Positions 45,401 through 58,796 are shown, counted from the stretch's first letter. The stretch is 64,000 nt of DNA from Amoebidium appalachense (GCA_963693365.1 CAVNZM010000011.1:7615937-7679936), one strand, 5' to 3'. Notes: a model not told the origin generated them from the sequence alone. Made by a program: numbers and translations.

Positions 45401-47696
45401 TGCACCCTCAGCTGCACACACACGAATACACCCATGCCTACACAACATGCACCCTCTGCTGCACACACACGAATACACCCATGCCTACACAACATGCACC
45501 CTCTGCACAAACACACGCACATACACACACATGACATACACGTACCTCACTGGGTGTATGGGTGTTTTTAAGAGGTGTCAGATCCGTTCCGTAAAAGAAC
45601 ATTTTACTGTAAGTTTCCGGTAAGCAGTCCAATTGCCCCCAGAACTCCTCCTCATCCAACGGGTCCCCCTGCTCAATCGTGTTAGCTCCTGTTCACGGTA
45701 ACCATACCCTAATGGTTGCAAATACGCACCTCTGGAATTTGCTCTTTGATGTCGTCCCTATAAACGAGGAAGACATCCTTGATGGCGGTAGCCTCCAGAC
45801 AGATCTTGGTGTAGGATTTTCTCACTGGTGTGGCCCAAGCAGCCTCTTCCAGCCCCTGCACTACCGGTTCGGGAAGCATGAACTTGACGGCACCAGCTGC
45901 CCGAACCTCGTGTCGTTTTTCCATTACCCTAACTATCGTCTCAAATGAGAGCTTTTCTAACTGCAGTTGGCTGAGATGTTTCACGGGTACCTCGGTGAAC
46001 CCCACCGACTCCCCTGTCTCCGCCCCCTGCTGTTGCCCCCTATCCGCCTCCTCCGCTTCTTGCTCTGTGTGTGTGTGTGTGTGTGTGCCATGCGTGTGTG
46101 CACGTGTGTGCCGGGTGTGTGTGCATGTTTGTGCCGGGTGTGCGTGTGCGTGTGTGTCGGGGTGGGGGGTAGGATTAGCCAAGGTGGATGCACGTGTGCA
46201 GGTGTGTGCTCTCTCTCTCTCTCTGTGTATGTGTGTGGTGGTGGTGGTGGTTGGGTGTGTGTGGCGGGGACTAGTCGAGGTGCCCAGGTGCATGCATGCG
46301 TGCAGACGTGCAATGGCTTGTGTGTTGGGGGGGGGGGGAGGGGGGGGGGAGCGGGGGGATAGCCCAGGTGCATGCGTGCGTGCAGACGTGTGATCCCTTC
46401 CGTGTGTGTTGGGGGGGGGGGAGGGGGGGAGCGGGGGGATAGCCCAGGTGCATGCGTGCGTGCAGACGTGTGATCCCTTCCGTGTGTGTGCGGGGAGAGG
46501 GGGGATAGCCCAGGTGCATGCATGCGTGCAGACGTGTGATCCCTTCCGTGTGTGTGCGGGAAGAGGGGGGATAGCCCAGGTGCATGCATGCGTGCAGACG
46601 TGCAATGGCTTGTGTGTTGGGGGGGGGGAGGGGGGGGGGGAGAGGGGGATAGCCCAGGTGCATGCATGCGTGCAGACGTGTGATCCCTTCCGTGTGTGTG
46701 CGGGGAGAGGGGGGATAGCCCAGGTGCATGCATGCGTGCAGACGTGTAATGGCTTGTGTGTTGGGGGGGGGGGTTACCCGGCCTGAAATCCCAAGGAGAT
46801 GTGTTGCGGGTGTGGCGGTAGCCCTCTGCCCCCTCTGCCCCTCCCTCTCCTCCCCCATCCCCACCCTCTCCCTCTCCCTCCCCCTCCCCCTCTCCCCCCT
46901 CCCCACCCCCACCCTCTCCCTCTCCCTCCCCCTCCCCCTCTCCCCCCTCCCCATGCCCACCCTCTCCCTCTCCCTCCCCCTCCCCCTCTCCCCCCTCCCC
47001 ACCCCCACCCTCTCCCTCTCCCTCCCCCTCTCCCTCCCCCTCTCCCCCCTCCCCACCCCCTCCCTCTCCCCCCCTCCACTCTTGCCCGCTTTCTCGGTCG
47101 GTCACTCGTCGGTGCAGGTAGCTTGAAAGCGGGGCTGCCTGGGGGGCTACGTGCAGCCCCATCCCACCACACTTTCCATCCGTGCTTTTTGAAGATGCGA
47201 CAAATCTGGAACTCCCCCGGCAAAGTACCCACCACGGCAGGTATGCGACTGTAGTCCTTACTGCCAGGATACAGAGAAATGCGACCGAGCTTCACCGCCC
47301 AACCCTCACTCGAAAACGGATGATAGCTGTGAAGATCATAAATCTTCCATCGAGGACCACCAAATCTGAGAATCCAGGCTACAACTTCCGGGATGCCCAT
47401 GTCGTTTTCGAATTCGTGTAGGTTGTAGTTCTTCCTGCAACTAGGACGTCCGTCGTCCAGTTCAATCAAAAAAACATAAACATGTTCTGAACCCGTTGGC
47501 ATCACCAAATATATGATCGGTGCGAGTTTTTTTTTTTGAGGATGACGATAAATACTCTGACGTGTGAGTAGCCTTTTACCGGTAAATATAACTGACGGAT
47601 CAACGCGTTCGAAAGCCTAAATGTGGGTGGGTCGAGTGGTATGCTGCTCGGGAATGCACGAGTGATGAGCGCCAGAATATCGCCGTTAACAGCCAT
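42106..47696 (-). CDS. Spliced KDM4-like JmjN/JmjC histone demethylase homologue
   Basis: JmjN-like RAAGAVKFMLP; EEEFW...FYGTD; EGISTPMLY; PHTVTED...SVN...KSWY; QQAGEVIYTLPGAYHFGY...AEAVNFAT..W...CTC. GT-AG introns; last exons 42567-~42909 and 42106-42195. The 5' exon structure is less certain (frameshift in an A-run near 47530). Confidence 0.8.
43560..45510. repeat. Intronic 47-bp tandem array, about 40 copies
   Basis: Unit atgcaccctctgctgcacacacacgaatacacccatgcctacacaac fills one JmjC intron. Confidence 0.95.
46285..46770. repeat. Intronic ~60-bp repeats
   Basis: gggggatagcccaggtgcatgcatgcgtgcagacgtg repeated. Confidence 0.85.
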
Positions 47697-47811
47697 GTTG
47701 CTGTGTGTGTTTTTGTGATGTGTGTAATTGTGAGCACCCTCTGCCTGTAAGACTGTCTGTGAGAGCGCTCTGTCTGTGTGCTTGTGCCACCGTGTTGTAG
47801 CGCTCGTGCTT

Positions 47812-47955
<144 letters not shown>

Positions 47956-48239
47956 AATCGTTCCTAGGAAAGCTCGTGCATGCGCGCGCTATGTTTTTTG
48001 TGTCCAGTCTAACAATGTTTGTGTTTAGCAGAACTCGTTTGTGTGTGTGCTCTGTTTTCGTATCCCAAACAATCTACGATTGTGTGCATAAGCCTAAAAT
48101 GTGCCTCGCACAGGGAAACATGAAGGACATTCTATGTATCTGTATTGGCTAAAAAAGGGGACAACTGATAGCGCGGTGTGCACAGGTTATTATAACAAGT
48201 TTCTTTGTTGTTTTCGTCTAGCCTATTTGTAATTACAAT

Positions 48240-48440
48240 GGAAACATGTACAACAGCAGCGCTGGGCGAAAGTGACACGAACTGATGTGGTGCGCCTGAT
48301 TACGTTTGAAACATGCACAACAGCAGCGCTGGGCGAAAGTGACACGAATTGGTGTGGCGCGCTTGGTTATGTTTGAAACATGTACAACAGCAGCGCCGGG
48401 CGAAAGTAACACGAACTGGTGTGGTGCGCTTGGTTATATT
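48240..48440. repeat. Three ~67-bp direct repeats
   Basis: gaaacatg.acaacagcagcgc.gggcgaaagt.acacgaa x3. Confidence 0.8.
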
Positions 48441-49919
48441 TGTTCGTTCGGGAATCAAGATGGACTCTTGTAATTTCTCCGTTGTATATAGAGCGCAAAG
48501 AGAGTGTTGAACATATATTCTCATTTCGCAAAGTTTGAAGCAAGCAAGAAAATCACGTTTTTGATGACTGGCCAATTAATGTTTTGTTCAGTTTGGCCAA
48601 TGGAATCACTGATTGGCGCGTACGTGATAATAAGCTAATCAGTGAGATCGGCTAATAATAGTTTGGGTAGCAAGGCCAGCCTGCCCAACCAAGACCCTTT
48701 TGCGAGTAACAATTGTGATTTATTCTAATAAGCAATAAATATTAAAAAAGCATAATTTATTTATGTTTATTTATACTTTACGCGGACACAGACATTTGCT
48801 TGGAATTTTGTTTGGAAAGGGTCCTGTGAATCTGGTCTTCGAAGCGTTGCAGCCTTGAGTCACGGTGTATTGACCAACTAGATTGTACCAATGCCGATAA
48901 GCGCTTGCCTAGAGTACCAGTGCTCGATCACGTTGACCCAACCACTATTCACCAATCACCGATTGGTTTTGTTGGCTGGCGCATTTACGTGATGACTGGC
49001 CAATGAAATTACTTAGTGACTGATAGCAGCACCGACCCTGGAGCGTTTTGACTGAGCAAGGAATAAGGGAAATCCTAAAAGAGGGTTGTATGTTTTATGA
49101 CATATAAGGTTCTATAAATAAACAACCATGCGCTTGGGATTTTGGTTGGAAAGCGTTTTGTATTTGCCCAATTTGAATCCGATGCTTCGATTTCGGTCAA
49201 TCAGAATACCCTGAGCATCAGCGCCGCGAATCACGTGGGGCAAGAACCAACCCCTATGCACCAATCAAAACGCTTGCACGTAAAAAGGTCCGCGAATAAG
49301 ATGTTGTGAAAGCGTATATCCTTCAATGTTTTAAACTAGCGCTCGTTTTGTCCTGTATATTATATTTTTATTTCGTATATTCACCTTTTTTATACAGTTT
49401 ACCTGTGAACCAAACACGATTAGAGATATATTCACTAACAGCGCCAAAAGGTTCTGTTTTTCTTATGCTTGATTCTCGTAACATAAGATCGTATTTTGCG
49501 CAATGGCTTCACATAAATTATTGATGGCGGTTTTTTTATATCAGTTCACAGCGCTGTCATTTTCTACTTTTCTGATTCTTTTGTTCATGGCTGTGTTTGC
49601 ACACGACGGTGTTTGCCTAGAGAAACGTAACACTCTCTTTTTTTTTTCTTTTTCTCTTGTTCACGACTGGGTTTGCACAGGACTGTGTTTGCGCAGAGAA
49701 ACGTAACACTCTTTTTTTTACTTTTTCCTTTGTTCACAACAGAATCGTATTCGTAGCACTTTCTTTTTTTTTTCCTTTTTCCCTTGTTTTTTTTTTTTTT
49801 TTCCTTTTTCCCTTGTTCACGACTGGGTTTGCACACGACTGTGTTTGCGCAGAGAAACGTAAGACTTCCTTTCTTTTTTTTCCCTTTGTTTATCCTTTTT
49901 TTTTGTGAAAACTGTCACG

Positions 49920-51238
49920 ATGGATTATTCCCAGCAAGCTCCCGGGTCGGGGTCATACGAAACCAACATCAGCAAGTCCGCCGACCCCGTCACAACGCAA
50001 GCCCCCCCCCCCCATCCAACTCCCCCCCACACTCCGGCGGCGAAGTCCTCTCCCCATCCAACCCCCCCCCCGCACTTCGGCGGGGAAGTCCCCCCCATCC
50101 AACCCCCCCCCCCACACTCCGGCGGCGAAGTCCTCTCCCCATCCAACCCCCCCCGCACCTTCGGCGGGGGAAGTCCCCCCCATCCAACCCCCCCCCCACA
50201 CTCCGGCGACACTGCTCCCGTCGATCCAAAAAGGATCGAAGAGTACTTGGAGACTGTGTTGCAGTCGAAAGTAGACAGTGCCATTGCCTCTGCATTGGCA
50301 AAGGTCGGTACTGCGGCCACTGCACCCGCTGTCACCACCCCAACCACCGAATTGCAGGAGAAGCTGGAAGCCGCAGAGAAAGAATTACAAACGAAGGATC
50401 ACGACATCCAAATCCTTAAGGGGGAAATTGCCGAGCTAAAATCGGCGGCGGCCAAACAAAAACACCTTGCAGATGCAAAGGAACAGGTGTTATCGGCAAA
50501 GAATCGGGACCTCGAAGGGCAGCTTGTTGGAAAGGTGGCCGATATCCTGGAGCATCAGGCTGAAGGGAAAGATACCGGGCCGAGATTACCAAGCTTCAGT
50601 CACACATTGCGACCATGAGGGAATCATACCGTAGAACAATCGACGAGAGCACACAGAAACTTCGTGATTGGAATGACCCCCAGCCCCTCCCCGACATTAC
50701 CGTCCAACACGGTCTCGCCCCCCCCCCCTCCCCCCCCTGGTACGACCAATCAAAATCCCATCCCCACCCCTCCCCCCGCCCGGTACCACTCAGCCCAAAA
50801 CCCCCCTCAACCTCCCCTTGCCCATTCTCCCCCTCCCCCCACCCGGTTTAGCCTCTGTCATGCCCGTACCCCCCCTTCAATCCGTCCCTCACCACCGTTA
50901 CCAGCACCCAATCCCACACTTTTGGTGCCTCCATGATGTCGAACCCCTCTGCATATTCCCAGGGTTCAAAGAGAGGGGTGTCAGATAATTCTTTTGGTGT
51001 GTACAAACGGCACCGCCAGGAAGAGACGTCATTTGAGACGGCATTAGATGAGGAATTGGAGGACATGATGGCTTTGGGCGAGAAGGTCGAGGGGAAGAAA
51101 GGGAAAGAAAGTGGTCGAGCAAAGAAACCAAAACCGAGTCAGAAACCAGCCCCTGCCCGCAGTGGCAGGACACGAGCAAAGCAAGTTTCAGATATACAGG
51201 TTATTCACGGGGACAGTGATGAAAACGATGAAGATTAG
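49920..51238 (+). CDS. Pro-rich/coiled-coil hypothetical gene, fragmented
   Basis: ORF from ATG 49920. The coiled coil continues in another frame after ~50577 (AEITKLQSHIATMRESY); the ORF 50933..51238 may be part of it or separate. Confidence 0.45.
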
Positions 51239-51581
51239 GTTGGGAGTGGTGAGGGGTGTGTTTTGATTTTGTTGTATGTGTCAGGGGCTGGGTATGGCCA
51301 CAGGGGCTGGCTGATGTATTTTAATATATGACTGTTGATACTGGTAGCACCTTACGGTTTCTGTATTTATGTTAACGAGCATCTTATGGATCATAGCATG
51401 TAGGCATCTTTTTTTTCTGGTTCTGGATGGTTTAGTATCTTGTGGTTATTATATATGTACAAGTCTTCTGGATGGTTTAGTATCTTGTGGTTATTATATA
51501 TGTACAAGTCTTGTTTTGCTGTTTTCAACCGATTAAATATCGATTGTATACAAAGAAGTCCAGGTCCCTTTTGGTACACAC

Positions 51582-51602
51582 TTGCATGCACGTTCAAAGT
51601 CT

Positions 51603-51634
<32 letters not shown>

Positions 51635-51718
51635 CCACACTCCCTCCCCGTGCATGCATGCCCGTGTGGCACACAGTTTGTGTGCTTTCATAAGTCTATT
51701 GCATGCACGTTCAAAGTC

Positions 51719-51764
<46 letters not shown>

Positions 51765-51851
51765 CCACACTCCCTCCCCGTGCATGCATGCCCGTGTGGC
51801 ACACAGTTTGTGTGCTTTCATAAGTCTATCGATGCATGCACGTTCAAAGTC

Positions 51852-51891
<40 letters not shown>

Positions 51892-52102
51892 ACCCCACAC
51901 TCCCTCCCCGTGCATGCATGCCCGTGTGGCACACAGTTTGTGTGCTTTCATAAGTCTATCGATGCATGCACGTTCAAAGTCTCCCCCCCCCCCACCCCCC
52001 CCCCCCCCCCCCCCCACCCCACACTCCCTCCCCATGCATGCATGCCCGTGTGGCACACAGTTTGTGTGCTTTCATAAGTCTATTGCATGCACGTTCAAAG
52101 TC

Positions 52103-52143
<41 letters not shown>

Positions 52144-52610
52144 ACCCCACACTCCCTCCCCATGCATGCATGCCCGTGTGGCACACAGTTTGTGTGCTTT
52201 CATAAGTCTATCGATGCATGCATGCCCGTGTGGCACACAGTTTGTGTGCTTTCATAAGTCTATTGCATGCACGTTCAAAGTCTCCCCCCCCCCCCACCCC
52301 CCCCCCCCCCCCCCCCCACCCCACACTCCCTCCCCATGCATGCATGCCCGTGTGGCACACAGTTTGTGTGCTTTCATAAGTCTATCGATGCATGCATGCC
52401 CGTGTGGCACACAGTTTGTGTGCTTTCATAAGTCTATTGCATGCACGTTCAAAGTCTCCCCCCCCCCCCCACCCCCCTCCCCCCCCCCCACCCCACACTC
52501 CCTCCCCTCCCCCCCCCACCCCACACTCCCTCCCCATGCATGCATGCCCGTGTGGCACACAGTTTGTGTGCTTTCATAAGTCTATCGATGTATATTGCAT
52601 GCACGTTTAA
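51582..52610. repeat. Poly-C-containing satellite, ~125-bp units
   Basis: gcatgcacgttcaaagtctc(C)n...catgcccgtgtggcacacagtttgtgtgctttcataagtctat repeated; internal hairpin gcacaca-gtt-tgtgtgc. Confidence 0.9.
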
Positions 52611-52771
52611 AGTATTTATTTCCCCTCTTTTTGCACACACAGCTTTGCACACACAGCAACTGTCTTTTTATTGTATCCACTTTGGGTATGAAGCGCTGGC
52701 GCTGGGTTTGTCGTATACTCCACTTCGGGTCTTTTTGTATGCAGCGCTGGCGCGGTGACACGTCAATCGGA

Positions 52772-53092
52772 TTAAAAGTCCGAGTGACTTGTTTGTCTCA
52801 GAGCGGTGTCGTACTCCGCAGCACCCGTCTTCTTATTGAAATAGTATATGACTGCATACATCAATGGTGTAACCAATAAACATGTGAGGACAATAGCAGC
52901 GCTGACGTACACCAGATACATTTTGTTCACTTTCTCTCTAGCATTCGGTTCGGACTTCATTAAATTGTACCAGTGTATATTTGCAACGACACTGCATATA
53001 GATATCACATAAAGAATGCCTGTGGTGACCGTGCTGTCGAACATGTACGTGTACCTCACAAAACTTTCAGTATCCGACGTGTTACACCCCAA
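52772..53092 (-). CDS. Putative two-TM membrane protein
   Basis: Two hydrophobic segments; no in-frame ATG at the start (possible frameshift from ATG ~53213). Confidence 0.35.
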   Translation of the reverse strand: MGCNTSDTESFVRYTYMFDSTVTTGILYVISICSVVANIHWYNLMKSEPNAREKVNKMYLVYVSAAIVLTCLLVTPLMYAVIYYFNKKTGAAEYDTALRQTSHSDF

Positions 53093-53348
53093 AAGTGACC
53101 TCTCTGAGATCTTGCCTGTGGTACAAACTCTTGATGCCGTGTTGCTCTTGTGTTTTACCAGTACCCCTCTCTCCAGATGCCGAATTTAGATTGGAATTCG
53201 TGAATACACCCATGTGATTGGTCAGTGGTTTGGCACCAAGAGATTGATTGATATGCCATCAACCAGTCAACAAAAAGTACTCGCTTTTACTTTTTGTCTC
53301 ACTTCACCCCAATCCAAGAACAGTGCACACCAAAACAAAACACTAGAA

Positions 53349-53831
53349 ATGGGAGACGCACTTTTGCGCCCCGATTCGGTTGACCCCGAACGATGCCCTG
53401 CATTTGCACCCTCAAAAAAAGCCCAGTGCAAAAACAAAAAGAAAACATGCCCACACCACAAGGACGGCTTCAAGCCCTGGGTATGCTTTGCCCCTGCCAC
53501 CGGTGTCCTCCTCTACAGCGACAACACCATCAACATCCTCCACCCCCACAAGGCCGGGGACTATGCTCATGCAAACCTCCTGCTGGACGACCTCCTGGCC
53601 GCTTTTACAGTCGCAGAAATGCAGCGCCCTCGCACCGAGCGCACCGGGGTACCCGCGCTGACTGTGTCCACTCCGGATCCACCCATGGGTGCACCACAGC
53701 CACCGGTTGCAGCTGCAGCGGTGGGTGTGGGCAGGGGAAATGGGTACTGCCAGGGCAAAACCAAGGCTGGCAATCCCTGCAAAAACAGGGTGAAATCTAC
53801 GACCCATTGCCATAAGCACAAGCCCAAATAA
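53349..53831 (+). CDS. Protein with C-x-TKxG-x-C...CxxH zinc-ribbon motifs (DUF5763-like)
   Basis: YCQGKTKAGNPCKNRVKSTTHCHKH plus a related N-terminal motif; intronless; such motifs are common in giant viruses. Confidence 0.65.
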   Translation: MGDALLRPDSVDPERCPAFAPSKKAQCKNKKKTCPHHKDGFKPWVCFAPATGVLLYSDNTINILHPHKAGDYAHANLLLDDLLAAFTVAEMQRPRTERTGVPALTVSTPDPPMGAPQPPVAAAAVGVGRGNGYCQGKTKAGNPCKNRVKSTTHCHKHKPK

Positions 53832-56272
53832 AAAAACCACCCACACACCCACACGTGCCAACATACACTATCCTCCCCGTGAGTGGCATGCCAGTCTCCC
53901 CTGCTCCCCAGCCCCCCTGCCCCCCTGCCCCCCTGCTCCCCTGCCATATGCACACCCACACACTGAGTGCTCCCCTGCTCCCCTGCCTCCCGGAACCAGG
54001 CCCCAGTGAGTGCTCACGTGCCTCCCCTGCCTCCCCTGCTCCCTGCCTCCCGGAACCACGCCCCGGCGCAGGGCCAGTGAGTGCTCACGTGCCTCCCCTG
54101 CCTCCCGGAACCACGCCCCGGCGCAGTGGCAGCTATTTTTAGATATAGAGATTCCATGGCCACATGGCCAGATGGCCAGATCATTTTGCTCACCGTTTTA
54201 TCCCGTTTTATCCACCTTTTTCCACACACTGAATTTGACCTGGCCATCTGGCCATCTGGGTAGAGACCGTTTTCTGTTCTGATATTGGAGAACTGTCTGA
54301 TAGTGATAGCCAATGTCATTCGAAGAACAATCGGGAAACCCCGTGGTGTGACAACCAATCAGAATGAAGCAACCTCTGAAGAGGGCCGTGCTTCCGGCGT
54401 ATGCAGAGGGCCGTGCCGGAAGTCCCCGCGCACCTGATTGGACAAAACACGATCCGATGACGTAAAATCAGGGGAGAACGATTCGATCCCCAAGCGACAT
54501 AAAGGGGCCGTCAGGCCCCTTTAGCGGAAGGTTGGGGGGGCGGCAGCCCCCCCATTTAGGGCCCAGACACACATAGGGTTATGGTTATTGGGTTTATGTT
54601 TTAATTTTTGTAAATTATTATCAATTATTGTATTTTTTTAGCCGGTTATCATCCGTTCTCCCTATACCTAGGGCTTCCTTCGTATAGACCTACCCTGGCT
54701 CAGTTGCTTCTGCATTGGGGGTTTACACACTTCTGCATTGCTGTAGGGTTTGCGCAAACATTTTTCTTCTAGGGTGACCACGGCACTACCAAAATGTAAG
54801 GGATAAAAATAGAATTTTCGAGACGGCCGTGGCTGTCACGATGAGGCTCGCCCAAGTGGCTGGTGCTTATACTACCACCTACAGAGGCGGTGTCTCCTTT
54901 CTTTCTTTCTTTCTTTTTTTTTTTTTTTTTTGCTTAAAAGGGACCGCCTGAGTAGATGTATAACGTCGCACGTGCGGCAACACGTCAGTACGTGTTAGGT
55001 GCTTATACAGCGTGCCACAGCCTATACAACTGTAATTTCTAAGATGATATGAAGTACGCGCACATCTGCACGCATCCTCGGATGTGCACAGGCTAAAGCG
55101 ATATTCCTGCTTTAATATTCACTAATGTTGACTAGGGCCATACATACGCTGTACAGTTTTGCCTTTACAAGACTATAATAACAGCATGCGCATGTCCTGA
55201 GGAGGTTGTGATCGTTTCGGGCACCACATGTCGTGCCTTCCCCCGCCCGTCAGTTTAGGTTTGCAGTGTTGCAACAGGTTGGGCTGCATCCATGCTCATC
55301 GTTGCATACAGGATGAAGCACGCACACACTTTACACTACCTGAGCACGTTTTTCGTCGTGGCTTGTTTTATTCAACTTAGTAATGCGCTCGTGTTCAAGT
55401 TAATGAACTATTGCCCTTTTTCAACCCATACAAGACGTGTGCTTGACTTAACATCATCCTACCACCCTATCTCATCTGGAAAGTCACTCACGTGCACGGC
55501 TCCGAGACTCAGCTCGTTTTGAGGTACCAGCTGTGCTCGGAGATAACTCTTACTGTATCCCAACTCCTTACTCGTGTGCGTGCTTTTGTGCCTTGTTTGT
55601 GCCTGTGCTGGAGTACGGCTGCGTCCTTTTCTCATCTTTGTTGTCGTGTGTAGAACTCCAGGTAGCTCGGGCAGGTGTTTGGCTGGATGATGCAGCACGA
55701 TTGCGTGTGGCACCTCGGCGGGCTCCTTTGGCCCGATAGCTGTCATACTGCAGAAAAAATGAAAGTTATTTGACTTAGTTGTTTTTTTTCGTTTCGGCAA
55801 GTAGCATGTGTCCATGCATCTAAACAGTTGCCTTTCGCAAGGTGAGAAGGCTCCTAAAAAAAGATAGGGTTTATGGGTGTTGTTAAGAACGATACTCTAA
55901 TTTTAGCTAACTTAAGCAAACGGAACCTAGAAATTTTGTGCACGAATAGAACGTTGCTGGAGTGTGTTTTTGTGTTCGAACATATAACTAGCTAGGTGTC
56001 ACAAAAACTAAGACTTGTGCGGGTGTGCGGGTGATGTGATGCGTCATGTTAATTACTTTCTAGAGATCTGGGGGTTGGTGTCAGGTCAGTAACGAAAGTG
56101 TGAGTAGGATCTCCCAAGACCCCAACTTATGCATGGTGCACTTGTATGTGCTGTCTATTGAGATGGTAGGAAAAATGTGTTTCGGGTGGCAGGTGTTGGC
56201 AACGGTATATGATTCTTTACAAGAATAAGAAAAAAAGGCATGGTTATCGGACACTGTAGTACTGTAGAGGGG

Positions 56273-57145
56273 CTAGAAAGGTATGGTGATGTGATCATAG
56301 TGACCGGTGGGAAGGGGGACCGCGTGTGTGTGTGTGAGGTGGGGGGTGGGGAGAAGGGGAGGCAGAGCCGGGGGGGGGGGGGGGGGGGGGGGGATGGATA
56401 AGAGGGGAAGGGGATGGATAAGAGGGAGGGGGATGGGGGGGGGAATGAGTGAGGGGTTGAGGGGGGGAATTATACATTGTTGGAGGGGGGGGAGGGGGGG
56501 ATGGATGAGCTGCGGGGGGGGGGGGGGGGGGGTGGGGAGGGGGGAGGGGATGAGTAGGAGGAGGGGGGGGGGGGAGGGGGGGGGGAGGGTAAGGGGCATG
56601 AACCACACCTTTCCGTTCACCTGGACGACATGCTCGGACAGCGCCACCTTCACAGGTGGTTGAGGGGTAAGTGGCTGTGCCCTGTTCTGCTTCACGTTGG
56701 TTTTTGGCTGGCCGCTCGTGCAACTGCTTGTTTTCGAGGGATGCGTCTGTGTGCCTGGCATAGAAGGGTGTGTGCACGTGCTTGGCTGTGTGGTATGGTC
56801 GTCTGCATGCTTTATGCGTTCTGGACCCACTGTATCTGGTGCCAGAAGGGAGAGCTCGGAGATTATTTGGTTTGGAAACTCGTCATACATTGCATGTTGA
56901 GTTGAGGCCTTGTCTGTTATGTAAACTGTACAGTTGTCTCGATCGTGTGTGTCAGTTTCTGTGGATTCCGTACGGCCGCTGGTACCTGTATCCTGTTTCT
57001 GAATAGGAACCCTTTTTGCTGGGATGAATTCTGGGGACAAATGGGCTCCTGCTGTCGGCATTGATGCTAAGGCCTCACGGCGTTTCCATGCGGGAATGGT
57101 AGCGTTGCTCCTCAGTTTCTCCATGCTGCAAACGACGGAGACCAT
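56273..57145 (-). CDS. Possible host exon, low-complexity hypothetical protein
   Basis: Open frame of about 190 non-repetitive codons ending near a GT donor-like site before a poly-C tract; no recognisable motif. Confidence 0.25.
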   Translation of the reverse strand: MVSVVCSMEKLRSNATIPAWKRREALASMPTAGAHLSPEFIPAKRVPIQKQDTGTSGRTESTETDTHDRDNCTVYITDKASTQHAMYDEFPNQIISELSLLAPDTVGPERIKHADDHTTQPSTCTHPSMPGTQTHPSKTSSCTSGQPKTNVKQNRAQPLTPQPPVKVALSEHVVQVNGKVWFMPLTLPPPSPPPLLLLIPSPLPTPPPPPPQLIHPPLPPLQQCIIPPLNPSLIPPPIPLPLIHPLPLLSIPPPPPPPPALPPLLPTPHLTHTHAVPLPTGHYDHITIPF

Positions 57146-58091
57146 GAATCATTGTTAGTTTTACTGAGGAGAGGCCCTTTCCATACCGTGCACGGCAGGG
57201 ATTTCCCCGTGTTCTGTAGAATGGAGCACGAAGCAAACTGAAATTGGTGCCATATATCCTGCACCATTAACGTTAACCGACCACATGCATGCATACCTTC
57301 AGTGAGAAACTGTCAAGCTGACCGGCTGTGAATTTTGTGACCTGGACGTGGTGGTTATTCCCGCCTGGAAAAACCTGTTTATCATATATAAAGTAGCAGT
57401 TGTAGCGTTTATGCAGCGCCACGCAGACTTCTCTGACAATGTGAATTCAAGACATGCGCATGCAGACCTATATCTCGAATGATGTAAATCTTCGTGTGCT
57501 GCCATTTCTCGCGGTTCCCGCATCTCTAGCTGTGCGTGCCCATGGTCAAGAAAACTCAACGGTGGTCCACCCTTCAAAGATCTTTCAGTGTCGAAGTGAC
57601 ATCACACCAGGTGGTTGGCAGCGTTTTCTTCTATTGTGATAATAATAAAGGTTTACAAATCTAATACCGCTACGCTTTTCTCTACCTAGCTTTACTGACG
57701 TGATCAACCTATCCGCATCTCATAGCAGACGGTATATGGTTTTCATACTTCACATGTACAGAGTCATGAGCGCGACGGGAAAGCACTCAAGAATTCTACA
57801 AAAAACTTCACCAGAACGCAGAAATAAAATTGGCCTTGTATGCAGGCTGAGAGCTTATACTATTGTTAAATACTGAGCTAGTTTACGTGCTTTCTATCGT
57901 TGGGAGGACATTTGAACATGGCATGGGAACATCTGCCCAAACGTTTGCGCTACAGCTACTGTTCGCGCTGCTTTCATTCACGGTGATATCAGGAAATTTG
58001 GCGCCAATTCTAACCAATAGGATTTACTTTCAACTTTGATTGGCTCGGCATGCACCGCAGGTCCGCCTGTGGGTTGGGGGGGCCCCCCTCT

Positions 58092-58133
<42 letters not shown>

Positions 58134-58796
58134 CCACCCACACCCCACCCACCCACCCAAACACACCAAAAAAAAAAAAAAAAAAAGATTCCGAAAGCTG
58201 TTCGAAAGGCGAAGAAGAGAAACAAGGCAAACAGGTAAAGGGAAAGGAGCCCCGGGATGCATTGTGCTGCACACATGTAATGCTTAAAAGGGCATGGCCA
58301 TGGATCACCATGATGAATGGCTAATTAGTCCGCATGTGATGCATGTTTCAGCGTTGATAACCGCTTGAAGCTGCAGCCACATTAGGCTACACTCTTTCGA
58401 GAAAGTTTTGGTACGCCTTCTTCTTTATTATTTTCTGCCATCTATGTTTCTGGACTATGGGCAGCACATTAGGCCCAACATCAACATGACGTGCATGCAG
58501 GATGCCAGAGCCGGACCCAGATGGCTTAAAAATTCATGAGCACAATTTTCTAATTCCCTAATGGCACCAAAAAATATCTGAACACCAAGGGAGAAGAAAC
58601 AACTAGAGCACAACTCTCCTGGTTGTATCATTTTTATGTTGCACACTTCAACCCCAACATACCGGGTTGCTCTTTAAACACAGCTAGAACCCCCCAAAAT
58701 CCTTTCAGGACACCTTTGCTCCGCAAATTCATTCCCAAAGTCCTAATCCAATGTAGATGTTGCAGAGTTGAGGTTGGAGCCTCCAGTGACGTCCTT

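Noticed and set aside
43550-45623. Three 620-670-aa plus-strand ORFs
   Set aside because: Artefacts of a stop-free 47-bp tandem repeat inside the JmjC intron.
54553-54600. Telomere-like ttaggg/tagggtt motifs at the junction
   Set aside because: Only one or two degenerate units; not a telomeric tract.
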